Assembly: GCA_963662445.1 (NCBI GenBank)
Contig: OY759590.1
Span: forward strand, 1,472,249 to 1,536,248
Origin: Desulfarculia bacterium
Lineage (GTDB): Bacteria; Desulfobacterota; Desulfarculia; Adiutricales; JAGVGV01
Direction: 5' to 3'
DNA: 64,000 bases
Shown here: positions 36,214-46,297 of the stretch, in pieces
Numbering within the stretch: the first letter of the stretch is position 1
How the letters are laid out: each line of letters begins with the position of its first letter
Notes under the pieces: generated by a model
Database searches by the model: none
The model's input: only the letters and a program-made list of their open reading frames with translations
What the model was told of the DNA's origin: nothing
Program-made: the position numbers and the translations under genes

Positions 36214-38054
36214 GGGTAACAAGAATACGCATATTGGCTCTTTTAGCCGCAACGATCCTGATGTTGGCGTTTATGGCCCCGGCGGCGGACGCTTCCACGT
36301 CCGACCTCTATACGGCCGCGCAGAAGGCCCGCCAGGAACTGGCCCGGGACAAGAAAGCTCAAGACCTGCGGCACAACTGGCTTAACGTCATCAAGCGCTA
36401 CCAGGCGGTCATAGACCGGGACCCCGGCGGCAAGCTGGCCGCCGAATCCTGGCTGGCCCAGGGCGATCTTTACATGGGGCTGTACACCAAGTCCCGCAGC
36501 TCCGAAGACCTGGAAAAGGGGCTGGACTGTTTCCGTCAGTTGACCAAACGTTTTCCCCAGCAGAACCTGGCCGCCCAGGCCCAGTTGCGTATCGGCAAGG
36601 TTTATGCCGACTATAACCGGGATATGGACCGGGCTTACGTGGAATATCTGAAGGTTGAACTCAACCACCCCGGAGCCAGGGAAGAGGTGGCCGAAGCCCG
36701 TAAACGCATGGCCAAGATTTCCGGACCGGCCCCCAGCGAGCCGCCGGAGCCGGAGACTCCCCCCAAGGCCGCGGCCAAGCCCGTGGCGGAAGAAAAACCG
36801 GCGGCCGAAGCCTCGGCTCAGCCTTCCGGCAACGGCAAGGCCTTGGTCCAGGGCATGCGCTACTGGGCCAACCCGACCTACAGCCGGATCGCCATAGATC
36901 TGACCGGCGAAGTGGGTTTCCGGGACCATCTGCTTCGTCCGGACAAAACCAACAACAAGCCCATGCGCCTTTATCTCGATTTGGGACCGGCCAAAATGGC
37001 GCCGGATGCCCGCGAAGAACTGCCGATATCCGACGGCCTGCTCAACGGCGCACGCATCGGCCAGCACGACCAGGATACGGTCCGGGTGGTGCTGGACATA
37101 CAGGAAATCTACAACTACCGCATCTTTTCCCTGACCAATCCTTCCCGCATCGTCATTGATGTGACCGGCCGCCAGAAGGAAAAGCCGGAAGCCGTGGCGT
37201 CGGCGGCCAAGCCCGAGACTGCCAAGCCCGAGACGGCCAAGCCGGGTGAAACCGCCTCAGTCAAACTGCCGCTGACCGATCTGCGGGCCGCCGCCGAAAA
37301 ACGCCCCAAGCTGCCCCGAGGCCCGGCCCATGTCCCGGTGGATCAGTCGTCACTGGCCCGTCAGCTCGGTCTGGGCATCAGCCGGGTGGTCATCGATCCC
37401 GGTCATGGCGGCAAGGACCACGGAGCCACCGGCATCACAGGTCTGCCGGAAAAGGACCTGACCCTGGAGCTGGCCCTCATGCTGGCCGACAAGATAAGGA
37501 AACAACTGGGTCTGGATGTGGTGCTGACCCGGACCAAGGACGTGTTTATCCCTCTTGAGGAGCGCACGGCCATTGCCAACACCAAAGGCGCGGACCTGTT
37601 CATTTCCATCCATGCCAACGCCCACCGGGACGCCAAGATAACCGGGCTGGAGACATATTTCCTCAACCTGGCGACGGATGAAGAGGCCATGCGCGTCGCG
37701 GCCCTGGAAAACGCGGCCACCCGCAAGAAGATGAGCGATCTGCAGGTCATACTCAACGACCTGCTGCTCAATTCCAAGATCACCGAGTCGGGACGCCTGG
37801 CCGGCAGAGTCCACCGGGCCATGGTCGGTAAGCTCCGGAACCATTACAAGGACATTCGCGACCTCGGCGTCAAACAGGCCCCGTTCTACGTTCTGATCGG
37901 AGCAAACATGCCTTCAATTCTGGTCGAGATAGGCTTCATATCCAGCAAATCAGAAGAGACCAGGCTCAAATCGAAAAAATACAAGGAGCGCCTTACCGAC
38001 GGACTGGTGGAAGGCGTCAAGGCTTACGCCGAAACCATAAAAAAAGCCGGGTGA
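36210..38054 (+). CDS. N-acetylmuramoyl-L-alanine amidase (TPR-like N-terminal region, AMIN domain, Amidase_3)
   Basis: 614 aa. Signal peptide, AMIN-like YWANPTYSRIAIDL...RVVLDI, then VIDPGHGGKDHGATG...SIHANA. Confidence 0.85.
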   Translation: MRVTRIRILALLAATILMLAFMAPAADASTSDLYTAAQKARQELARDKKAQDLRHNWLNVIKRYQAVIDRDPGGKLAAESWLAQGDLYMGLYTKSRSSEDLEKGLDCFRQLTKRFPQQNLAAQAQLRIGKVYADYNRDMDRAYVEYLKVELNHPGAREEVAEARKRMAKISGPAPSEPPEPETPPKAAAKPVAEEKPAAEASAQPSGNGKALVQGMRYWANPTYSRIAIDLTGEVGFRDHLLRPDKTNNKPMRLYLDLGPAKMAPDAREELPISDGLLNGARIGQHDQDTVRVVLDIQEIYNYRIFSLTNPSRIVIDVTGRQKEKPEAVASAAKPETAKPETAKPGETASVKLPLTDLRAAAEKRPKLPRGPAHVPVDQSSLARQLGLGISRVVIDPGHGGKDHGATGITGLPEKDLTLELALMLADKIRKQLGLDVVLTRTKDVFIPLEERTAIANTKGADLFISIHANAHRDAKITGLETYFLNLATDEEAMRVAALENAATRKKMSDLQVILNDLLLNSKITESGRLAGRVHRAMVGKLRNHYKDIRDLGVKQAPFYVLIGANMPSILVEIGFISSKSEETRLKSKKYKERLTDGLVEGVKAYAETIKKAG

Positions 38055-38066
38055 AAAACACCCGGC
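38046..38066. terminator. Hairpin in the convergent gap between the amidase gene and prfB (possible bidirectional terminator)
   Basis: GCCGGGTG-aaaaa-CACCCGGC, flanked by an A-run upstream. The amidase stop codon lies inside the stem. Confidence 0.35.
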
Positions 38067-38089
38067 TCGGCAGCTTTTGCTGAAAGTCT

Positions 38090-39215
38090 TTATTTCGCCG
38101 GAGTCAATCCTGCGTTTTTCTTGGCGTACTCCAGCAGATAAGCCTTGACGAAGTCTTCCAGATCGCCGTCCAGAACGGCGTCCACGTTGCCCATTTCCAC
38201 GCCGGTCCGGTGATCCTTGACCAGACGGTAAGGATGCAGGACATACGACCTGATCTGGCTGCCCCAGGCGATGTCCATCTTGCTGTCATGAAGCTTGCGC
38301 AGCTCCTCGGCCTTCTTCTCTTCTTCGAGAGCATAGAGCCGGGCGCGGAGCACCTTCATGGCGATATCCTTGTTCCTGTGCTGCGACTTTTCATCCTGGC
38401 ACTGCACCACGATATTGGTGGGCAGGTGGGTGATGCGCACGGCCGAGCTGGTCTTGTTGACGTGCTGGCCCCCGGCCCCGCTGGCCCGGTAGGTGTCTAT
38501 GCGCAGATCCTTTTCGTTGATCTCGATGACGATATCGTCGTCAATCTCCGGAGTGACGAAGACACTGGCGAAAGATGTGTGGCGGCGGCTGGAGGCGTCG
38601 TAGGGCGATATCCTCACCAGCCGGTGAATGCCCACTTCGGAACGCAGCAGGCCGAAGACATACTGGCCGGATACCGTGAAGGTCACACTTTTGATGCCGG
38701 CTTCTTCGCCGTCGAGCACATCGACTATCTTGGCTTGGAAACTGTTCCGGTCGGCCCAGCGCAGGTACATGCGCAAAAGCATTTCCGCCCAGTCCTGAGC
38801 TTCGGTGCCGCCTGCCCCGGCGTGGATGTCGATAATGGCGTTGCTCTGGTCGTGAGGTCCGGAAAGCATACGCTGAACCTCATACAGGTCCAGACGGCTG
38901 GTCAGGCCTTCAAGGCGCTCCTTTATTTCCGGCGCAACCCCCTCGTCCTCCTCTTCATCGGCCATTTCCATGAGGAGTTCCAGCTCCTCCATGTCCTTTT
39001 CCAGGGAGTTCCAGAGTTCGGTGCGCTGCGACAACTGCTGGCGTTCGCGGGTCACTTCACGGGCCGCCTGGGGATCGTCCCAGAAGCCCTGCTTGGCAAT
39101 CTCTTTATCCAACTCGGTCAGGCGGGTGTTTATGGCAGCAAGGTCAAAGATAACCTCTGAGCGTTTGAAAACGTTCCCGGATATCCTTTACCTGTGGTCT
39201 CAGATCAGCTAACAT
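38090..39215 (-). CDS. prfB: Peptide chain release factor 2, expressed through a programmed +1 frameshift
   Basis: Frame 0 runs from ATG at 39215 and reads [23 protein letters not shown], ending at TGA (39146-39144) within ...AGAGGT TAT CTT TGA C. After the shift, the +1 frame continues as [24 protein letters not shown]...[11 protein letters not shown] (GGQ motif). Confidence 0.9.
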
Positions 39216-40782
39216 TCTTTTTTCTCCTGTGAAAACCGGCCCCGAAAATCAGTATGGTCAAGGCGAGGCAGGCCTGCGGAACGATGTCTCCCGTCCGCGT
39301 GTAAAAGGTTTCTTCTCGGCACAGCGGAACATCCCGGATCAGGACGTCCCGCTGGAACAGATTCAGAGTCCCCAGGACCCGGCCGGCCGGGTCGATGAAG
39401 CCGCTGATGCCCGTATTGGCCGCCCGAGCCACGCTGCGGCGGGTCTCCACGGCCCTGAGCACCGCCTGGGAAAAATGCTGGTAAGGGGCCGAAGTCCGGC
39501 CGAACCAGGCGTCATTGGTGATGACCACCAGGAAATCGGCTCCGGCTCTGACCGCCTGGCGGGCCAGTCCGGGAAAGACCGATTCGAAACAGATCAGCAC
39601 CCCGATGCCGTCGCCGTTCAGGTCGAGTATCCGTCCGGGCTGCCCCGGTTCGTAATTGCCCACGGCCTGGGTTATCTTGGACAGAAACGGGAAGTACTTC
39701 TGGAGCGGGACGTATTCGCCGTAGGGCACGAGGTGCGATTTGTCATACCAGCCCAGCATCTCGGCCCGACCGTCGAGGAGATAGGCCCGGTTGTAATAGA
39801 CCGGTTCCCTGTCCGGCCTCTCGGCATATCCGGGCGCTCCGAAAAGCAACGGCCGCCCGGCGCGCCTGACCAGGTCGTCCACCCACTCCCGGGCCGCCGG
39901 ATCGCGCTCGTACAGAAGCGGCAAAGCCGTTTCCGGCCAGACGGTCAGCCAGGGATCGGACAGGCCGGCTTTCAGCGTGAGGTCCCGGTAAGCCATCATG
40001 GTTTCCACCCTGTGGCTTGGGTCCCACTTCAAGTCCTGGGGGATGGAACCCTGCACCGCGGCCATTCTGCGCACCGGGGCTTCTTGTACCAGCTTGTCCA
40101 CCTGGGTCAGCCGGGCCTGTCCGTATGTCCACATCAGGACCGGGACGGCTGCGGCCAGCAACAGCGGACCCGCTGCCGACCGCCGGAAAAAAGGTCGCGG
40201 ACGCATAAAAACAGCGGCGAGCGCCAGGTTGACCAAGGCGGTTAGGAAACCGAGTCCTCCAGGTCCGACTATATCGGAAACCTGGATCAATGGCAAGGCG
40301 GCGACCAGGGCCGCGCCCAGAGGTTCCCATGGGAAACCGGTCAGGAAGAAACCTTTGAAATATTCGAGCCCGCACCATAAAGCCGCTCCGGCCAGGGCCC
40401 AGAGCACCCCGCCGGCCTTCAGGCCCGGCAGGCGTTCGGCCCAGGTCAGCCCCCAGGCGAATAGACCGGGATACAGGGCCATGTATGCGGCCAGAGCCAG
40501 GAATACCGGCAAAGCCAGAAGAAAGTGCAGCCCGCCGTATTCGGTCATGACCGGGACAATCCAGTAGACCAGTGTAACTGCGTGCACCAGGCCGGTTATG
40601 AATCCCAGACGGAACGAGTCTTCTCCGTCAAGGCCTCCCCTGGCCAGGATGAGGGGGACCAGGCCGAAAAAGGCCAAGGGCCAGAGTTCCGGCCGGGGAA
40701 AGGCCAGCGTGAGCAGGACTCCGGAGAGTGCGGCCAGTATGGGCCGTCCCGGCCCCGTTGACAGGCGGAATAGCGGGGGCAT
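39205..40782 (-). CDS. lnt: Apolipoprotein N-acyltransferase
   Basis: 525 aa. Polytopic N-terminal region and a CN-hydrolase domain with VLICFESVFP. Confidence 0.9.
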   Translation of the reverse strand: MPPLFRLSTGPGRPILAALSGVLLTLAFPRPELWPLAFFGLVPLILARGGLDGEDSFRLGFITGLVHAVTLVYWIVPVMTEYGGLHFLLALPVFLALAAYMALYPGLFAWGLTWAERLPGLKAGGVLWALAGAALWCGLEYFKGFFLTGFPWEPLGAALVAALPLIQVSDIVGPGGLGFLTALVNLALAAVFMRPRPFFRRSAAGPLLLAAAVPVLMWTYGQARLTQVDKLVQEAPVRRMAAVQGSIPQDLKWDPSHRVETMMAYRDLTLKAGLSDPWLTVWPETALPLLYERDPAAREWVDDLVRRAGRPLLFGAPGYAERPDREPVYYNRAYLLDGRAEMLGWYDKSHLVPYGEYVPLQKYFPFLSKITQAVGNYEPGQPGRILDLNGDGIGVLICFESVFPGLARQAVRAGADFLVVITNDAWFGRTSAPYQHFSQAVLRAVETRRSVARAANTGISGFIDPAGRVLGTLNLFQRDVLIRDVPLCREETFYTRTGDIVPQACLALTILIFGAGFHRRKKNVS

Positions 40783-40791
40783 GATGGTTGT

Positions 40792-41694
40792 TCAGGCCGC
40801 GTTGGTATTCAGGTTGCCGTTTGGGGGAAGGCGCTTGATCTCAACCTTGTCGATCTTGCGCTCGTCGGCGACCTTGATGGTCAGAAGCAGGTTACGGAAT
40901 TCAATCTGTTCGCCTTCATCCGGCACACGCCCCAGAAGATCGGTGATGAAGCCGCCCACGGTTTCGTAATCGCCCTCGGGGAACTCGTAATCCATGAAAT
41001 CTTCCAGTTCCTCCAGGTTCATGCGGGCGTCAACCAATACGGTTTCATCGTCGATCCGCACCACCGGATCTTCCTCGTCGTCATACTCATCGCGGATTTC
41101 ACCGATGATCTCCTCGATGATGTCTTCGAGGGTGATGAGGCCGGCCGTGCCGCCGTATTCGTCCAGTATTACCGCCAGGTGGTTCTTTTTGCCCCGCAAC
41201 TCTCCCAGCAGTTCCACTATCTTCTTGCCTTCGGGGATGAAAATTGGTGTGCGGACCAGTTCATCCGGCATCGGATCTTCCGTCGGACGCCCCCATATCC
41301 CCAGCAGATCCTTGGCGTGGAGCACTCCGACTATGTGGTCTATGTCGCCGGTGTAGACAGGCAGCCGGGAATGTCCGGTTTTAATGATAAGTTCGAGGGC
41401 TTCGCCCAGGGAAGCTTCCCGGCTGACCCCGATGACCGCCGTACGCGGCACCATGATCTCCCGGGCAATGGTATCCTTGAACTCGAAAATGCTCTGAATC
41501 ATCTCGCCTTCGCCGGCGGAGATGACTCCCTTTTCAGCGCCCTGCTCGATCAGGTCCTGTATTTCTTCCTCGAATCGCTCAATGCCGTTGCCGGTTTTCA
41601 AGCGGCGGGCCAATGATCGGAGCCGATTGAGGAGACCTTGTGATGGAATGTCCTCCAACTCTGTAAAACCTCTTGCAACTATTATTTTTTTCAA
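40792..41694 (-). CDS. corC: CorC/YbeX-type protein (CBS pair plus CorC_HlyC transporter-associated domain)
   Basis: 300 aa. IAREIMVPRTAVIGV..., a second CBS domain, and a C-terminal GGFITDLLGRVPDEGEQIEF. The corC-lnt order matches that in enterobacteria. Confidence 0.85.
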   Translation of the reverse strand: MKKIIVARGFTELEDIPSQGLLNRLRSLARRLKTGNGIERFEEEIQDLIEQGAEKGVISAGEGEMIQSIFEFKDTIAREIMVPRTAVIGVSREASLGEALELIIKTGHSRLPVYTGDIDHIVGVLHAKDLLGIWGRPTEDPMPDELVRTPIFIPEGKKIVELLGELRGKKNHLAVILDEYGGTAGLITLEDIIEEIIGEIRDEYDDEEDPVVRIDDETVLVDARMNLEELEDFMDYEFPEGDYETVGGFITDLLGRVPDEGEQIEFRNLLLTIKVADERKIDKVEIKRLPPNGNLNTNAA

Positions 41695-41705
41695 CCGGAA
41701 CCGAT

Positions 41706-43589
41706 TTAGTTGCCGGTCCCCGTGATCTGAAGCTCCTGGCCGTGATCCAGAGAGATGTCGTAATTTCTCATCCGGCGTTCGAACTCTGTTTCGCTCAGGC
41801 CAAGAACCAGAGCCGCCTTGCCCCGGTCGCCGTCGGTGCGCGACAGGGCGCGGCGGATGTATATCTTTTCCGCTTCCATGACCGTATCCGGTATGCGTTC
41901 ACCCGGCGCGGTCCGGAAGACTTCACCCGACAGGCGCAGATCCATGGGCAGGTCGTCCAGAAGGATGGCCGAACCGTTGGAAAACATAACCTGCCGTTCA
42001 CACACGTTCTTCAATTCGCCTACGTTGCCTGGCCATGGATAAGCCCTCAGGCATTCCAGCGCGGCCGGGTCCACTTCCGGAACGGCCAGCCCCCTTGAAC
42101 GGGCGGCCTGGAGGACGAAATGCCGGACCAGACCGGCTATGTCGTCCCTGATTTCCCTGAGCGTGGGCATCTCCAGGCTCACATCCGAAAGCCGGTGCGC
42201 AAGGTCCTCGCGAAACTCTCCGTCCGCCACCATCGGGGCCAGTTCCACATTGGTGGAAGAGACCGTGCGGAACTTCACCGGACGGGGACGGGACGAACCG
42301 ACGCGGTATATAACACCTTCCTCGAAAGCCCGCAAGATGTCCACTTGGACCGACAAGGGAAGGTGATCTATATTCTTCAGGAACAGGGTCCCGCCGTCAG
42401 CCTCCTCCAGCAACCCTATGGCCCCGTCAGAGGTCATGGTGCCGGGCTCGTGTCCGAAAAGAGTGGCCTCGATCTGCGTCGGCGAAAGAGAGGCGCAGTT
42501 TATGGAAACAAAAGGACCGGAACGGCGCGGGCTCAAGGCATGAATCCGCTTGGCCAGAACCTCTTTCCCCGTGCCCATCTCCCCGGTCAGCAGTATGCGG
42601 GCGTCGGTCTGGGCCACCTGGGCCGCCGTGGCCAGCAAGGCTTTGACCTGGGCATGGTCGCCCACAAAGCCGCTCCCCGTCCGTAAATCTTCCTCCTCCC
42701 GGAAAATCCGGCGGTCAAGCTGAGCGATGAGGTGGGCGTTTTCCAGAGCCGATGCTATCAGCGAGGCCATGGCCGAAAAATAGCTGAGATCCTTCTCCGT
42801 ATACTGGCGGGTCTTGCTCTCCACATACAACAGTCCGCACGGCCCGCCCTGGGTCTTCAGCGGGGCGCACAAGCTGGTGCGGGCCTCGTCCAGAAGCATC
42901 CGTTCGCCCTGCACGTAATTCAGTTCCGTTATCACCTTGGGCCAGACCACCGTCCGGCCTTCTTTCAAAGCCAGCCGGACGCAAGGCTCCGGCAATACCA
43001 GCATCTGCTCGTTTGGTCTTACCAGCAATGCCGTCAGGCGCTGAATCTCGGTGCTCTCCGGCCAAAGCAGGGCCGTCCGGGAAGCGGAGAATATTTTTTC
43101 CAGGGTGTAGGCCGCCTGTTTCAGAACCCGGTTCAGCTTGGGGCGTTCGCTCAGAGCCGCAGCCACCTTGAACAGGACGCCCAATTGCGTCTTCTCGAGT
43201 CCTCCCACATCGGCGCTCGGCGGCGACAGCAAGGCCCCAGGGGGAGCCTCATCCACATCGCCGACGATCAGCACCACCCCGTCGCGGCCCACGGCCACGT
43301 CCAGGGACGGGTTGAAGAGAAAGACCTCCTGGCCGACACGTATCTCGTCGTTGGTCTTCAGAATGACCGGCGCCGTCACCGGGGCTTCGTTCAGAAGCGT
43401 TCCGTTGGTGCTTTTCAGGTCATTGAGTTGATAACCTTGGTCGGTGGCGGTGATTTCGGCGTGGAAACGCGACGAGGCCCGGTCGAAAAGTATCAGGTCG
43501 CACTCGGGCGAACGCCCCAGCACGGCCCTTTCGCCGAGCTCGAAACGGAAACCGAAGCGGTCTTCTCTAAAGGCAAAAAGGACAGGCAT
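41706..43589 (-). CDS. Sigma-54-dependent transcriptional activator with N-terminal FHA and GAF domains
   Basis: 627 aa. FHA-like GRSPECDLILFDRASSRFHAEI...LKSTNGTLLN, a GAF-like middle region, AAA+ ILLTGEMGTGKEVLAKRIH...GGTLFLKNI, and a C-terminal Fis-type HTH. Confidence 0.85.
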   Translation of the reverse strand: MPVLFAFREDRFGFRFELGERAVLGRSPECDLILFDRASSRFHAEITATDQGYQLNDLKSTNGTLLNEAPVTAPVILKTNDEIRVGQEVFLFNPSLDVAVGRDGVVLIVGDVDEAPPGALLSPPSADVGGLEKTQLGVLFKVAAALSERPKLNRVLKQAAYTLEKIFSASRTALLWPESTEIQRLTALLVRPNEQMLVLPEPCVRLALKEGRTVVWPKVITELNYVQGERMLLDEARTSLCAPLKTQGGPCGLLYVESKTRQYTEKDLSYFSAMASLIASALENAHLIAQLDRRIFREEEDLRTGSGFVGDHAQVKALLATAAQVAQTDARILLTGEMGTGKEVLAKRIHALSPRRSGPFVSINCASLSPTQIEATLFGHEPGTMTSDGAIGLLEEADGGTLFLKNIDHLPLSVQVDILRAFEEGVIYRVGSSRPRPVKFRTVSSTNVELAPMVADGEFREDLAHRLSDVSLEMPTLREIRDDIAGLVRHFVLQAARSRGLAVPEVDPAALECLRAYPWPGNVGELKNVCERQVMFSNGSAILLDDLPMDLRLSGEVFRTAPGERIPDTVMEAEKIYIRRALSRTDGDRGKAALVLGLSETEFERRMRNYDISLDHGQELQITGTGN

Positions 43590-43996
43590 TGCCCTATTCA
43601 GGTGTTGCGCGGGCCGGGTCCGCGGGGACTCGCCCGCAAAAGATTAAAGAAGAGTAAAATACCACACACTATGAAGATGACACAAATATCGGCTTAAGTC
43701 AATAAGTTAGAATACGTAAGGCGCAACGGTCCGATAAGTGTTGCCCGCCTTCCGCATACAGCCCATCAGCCTCGTAAAAATTAATCCGCCGAAGGACAAA
43801 TACACCCCTCAAGACCAAAAGGTCTTTCGGAAATTATTCCGCATTATTAACCGGTAAGCGTCGGGACTGTCAAGTATTGATTATCCCGGTCATTCCGCCC
43901 GCAGCCAGAGAATGTCGGCCAGAATCGCCTTGACGGCTGCCATATGATATGATAGCCGACTAAAGTCATTTTGATTGAAAGGCAGGGTTCTTCTAA

Positions 43997-45361
43997 ATGG
44001 CGGTAATAGCACCCTTTAAGGGTATACTCTACGATCAGGGCAAGACCGGTGGACTCGGCCGCGTGGTCGCCCCCCCCTATGACGTGGTCAGTCCCGAGGA
44101 ACAGGCCGCTTATCATCAATCGCACCCGAACAACGTGCTGCATATCGATCTGGGTCCCAGGCTCCCCGAAGACCAGAGCGCCCACGACTGGCACCACCGG
44201 GCCGCTTTGACTTACAACCGCTGGCTGGCCGAAGGCATCCTGGTTAGGGACCTCAAACCGGCCTACTACTATGTGGAAACCGATTTCACCGATCCCCAGA
44301 GCGGGCAGCGCCTCACCCGGCACGGTTTCATCGGTCTTCTGAGGCTTGAGGAATTCGGTGCCTCCTCTGCCGTCAAGCCCCATGAGCGGACCTTCTCCGC
44401 CCACAAGGCCGAACGCCTCCACCTGATGAAGCACGTCCAGGCCAACCTAAGCCAGATATTCACCGTTTTCCCGGATGAAAATCTCAAATCGCGGGAAATT
44501 CTCCAGGCCGGACTCCGCTCCAAACCGCTCTTCGATTTCACCGACGCCCAAGGTTCCGGACACCGGCTCTGGACCATCCACGATAACGGAGTGCACCGGG
44601 CCATCTGCGATTTCATGAAAAACAAGACTATCTATATCGCTGACGGGCACCACCGTTACGAAACCGCCCTGAACTACCGCCGGTACAAAGCCGAATCCGG
44701 CGTCAAGATCGGACCGGATTCTCCGCTCAACTACATAATGGTCTACTTCTGCCCGGTCTCCGACCCCGGACTCTCCATTCTTCCGGCCCACCGCCTGCTG
44801 CTGAGCGGCGGCCCGGACAATCTTGAAGACTTCGAAGCCTCTCTGGCCCGGTTCTTCCAGATTCAGAAGTTTTCTTACAATGTGGTTGAAGAACGCATGG
44901 CCCGGCAAGCCTTTATCCGCCGCCTACACGAAACCGGGCGCAGGCACAGTTCCATCGGTCTCTTCAGCCGGTTGGCCAATACCTATTATCTGCTGGAAAA
45001 AAAGAATGGGGCGGGTCTGAAGGGCGCTCTGGGAGCTTGGCCGGAACCGTTGCAGAAGCTGGATACGGTAGTACTGACCTCCCTGGTCTTACAGGAAGTC
45101 CTGGGCATGACCGACGAGGACCTCGACGACGCCGACCGTCTGGCCTACACCAGCCGCGTCAACGAGGCTATCAACCGTGTCCGGAACGGCGGAGCCGAAC
45201 TGGCCGCCATCCTCAACTCCACGCCCATGGAACAGGTCCAGGCCGTGGCCGAGGAAGGTTTGGTCATGCCGCGCAAGTCCACCTATTTCTACCCCAAGGT
45301 GACCACAGGCCTGGTCTTCAATCCGGTCAATCCTTACGAGGCCATCGACCCGGTCTGCTGA
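43997..45361 (+). CDS. DUF1015 family protein
   Basis: MAVIAPFKGILYDQ...VVAPPYDVVSPEEQ...IADGHHRYETAL are typical DUF1015 motifs. Confidence 0.85.
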   Translation: MAVIAPFKGILYDQGKTGGLGRVVAPPYDVVSPEEQAAYHQSHPNNVLHIDLGPRLPEDQSAHDWHHRAALTYNRWLAEGILVRDLKPAYYYVETDFTDPQSGQRLTRHGFIGLLRLEEFGASSAVKPHERTFSAHKAERLHLMKHVQANLSQIFTVFPDENLKSREILQAGLRSKPLFDFTDAQGSGHRLWTIHDNGVHRAICDFMKNKTIYIADGHHRYETALNYRRYKAESGVKIGPDSPLNYIMVYFCPVSDPGLSILPAHRLLLSGGPDNLEDFEASLARFFQIQKFSYNVVEERMARQAFIRRLHETGRRHSSIGLFSRLANTYYLLEKKNGAGLKGALGAWPEPLQKLDTVVLTSLVLQEVLGMTDEDLDDADRLAYTSRVNEAINRVRNGGAELAAILNSTPMEQVQAVAEEGLVMPRKSTYFYPKVTTGLVFNPVNPYEAIDPVC

Positions 45362-45389
45362 AGTCCGGCCGCCGCGGAGGCGAATCTGT

Positions 45390-46226
45390 TTGACGGCTGA
45401 CCAGAAACCGCCGGAACCGGTTATTGTTCCCGGTACCGAAAACGAACTCCTGGCCGCATACGGTCTGGACGCCTCCGCCGTCACTCTTGACGCCGTGTAC
45501 CGGGGCCGCCTGGCCCTGGCGCAGCCCCGCGACGGGTACCGTTTCGCTGTTGACGCTCTTCTCCTGGCCGATTTCGCCCGTCCCGCTCCGGGGCAGACTG
45601 TTATCGACCTGGGAACCGGCGTGGGCGTCGTCGCCCTGGCCCTGGCCTGGCGGCTGGGGCGGGGCCGGGTGCTGGCCGTGGAAGTTCAGCCGAGGCTGGC
45701 CGCCTGTGCCCGTTTCAACTCAGCCGTGAATCCCTGCGGAAGCCTGGTCCGTGTGCTCAAAACGGATTGGCGCAGTCTGACCAGGGAAGAATGCGGCGGT
45801 CCGGCCGACTGCATCGTCTGCAACCCCCCGTACCGGAAAAAAGGGACCGGCCGCCTCAATCCCGGACAGGAAGAGGCTGAAGCGCGCCACGAAGTCGCCG
45901 GATCGGCCGACGACGCCGCCCGGACGGCTGCCCGGCTGCTCAAGCCCGGCGGACTCCTCTCCCTGGTCTACCCCGCCGCCAGGCTGGCCGGACTCATCGC
46001 CGTTCTCAAGGCTGCCGGTCTCGAACCAAAAAGGTTCAGAACAGTCCACAGCCGCCGGGATCAACCCGCCCGTCTGGTTCTTCTGGAAGCCCGTCTGGGC
46101 GGAGGGGAAGAACTGAGAATAGAACCGCCTCTTTTCCTCTACCGACCCGGAAAAACCCGCGACTACACCGAAGAAGCCGACGCCATCCTGGCCGGTCCGG
46201 AGCCGGTCCCGCAAAAAGCAGACTGA
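45390..46226 (+). CDS. TrmN6/YfiC-like SAM-dependent methyltransferase (tRNA m6A37 type)
   Basis: LALAQPRDGYRFAVDALLLADF, DLGTGVGVVALALA, and the CNPPY motif. TTG start, so the exact start is uncertain. Confidence 0.75.
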   Translation: MTADQKPPEPVIVPGTENELLAAYGLDASAVTLDAVYRGRLALAQPRDGYRFAVDALLLADFARPAPGQTVIDLGTGVGVVALALAWRLGRGRVLAVEVQPRLAACARFNSAVNPCGSLVRVLKTDWRSLTREECGGPADCIVCNPPYRKKGTGRLNPGQEEAEARHEVAGSADDAARTAARLLKPGGLLSLVYPAARLAGLIAVLKAAGLEPKRFRTVHSRRDQPARLVLLEARLGGGEELRIEPPLFLYRPGKTRDYTEEADAILAGPEPVPQKAD

Positions 46227-46297
46227 TTTTATCTTTTGATATCAAGGTTTCCCATTAGGGAATAAGAATGAGCGACTTGGAGTGGACCTTGGGTTGT

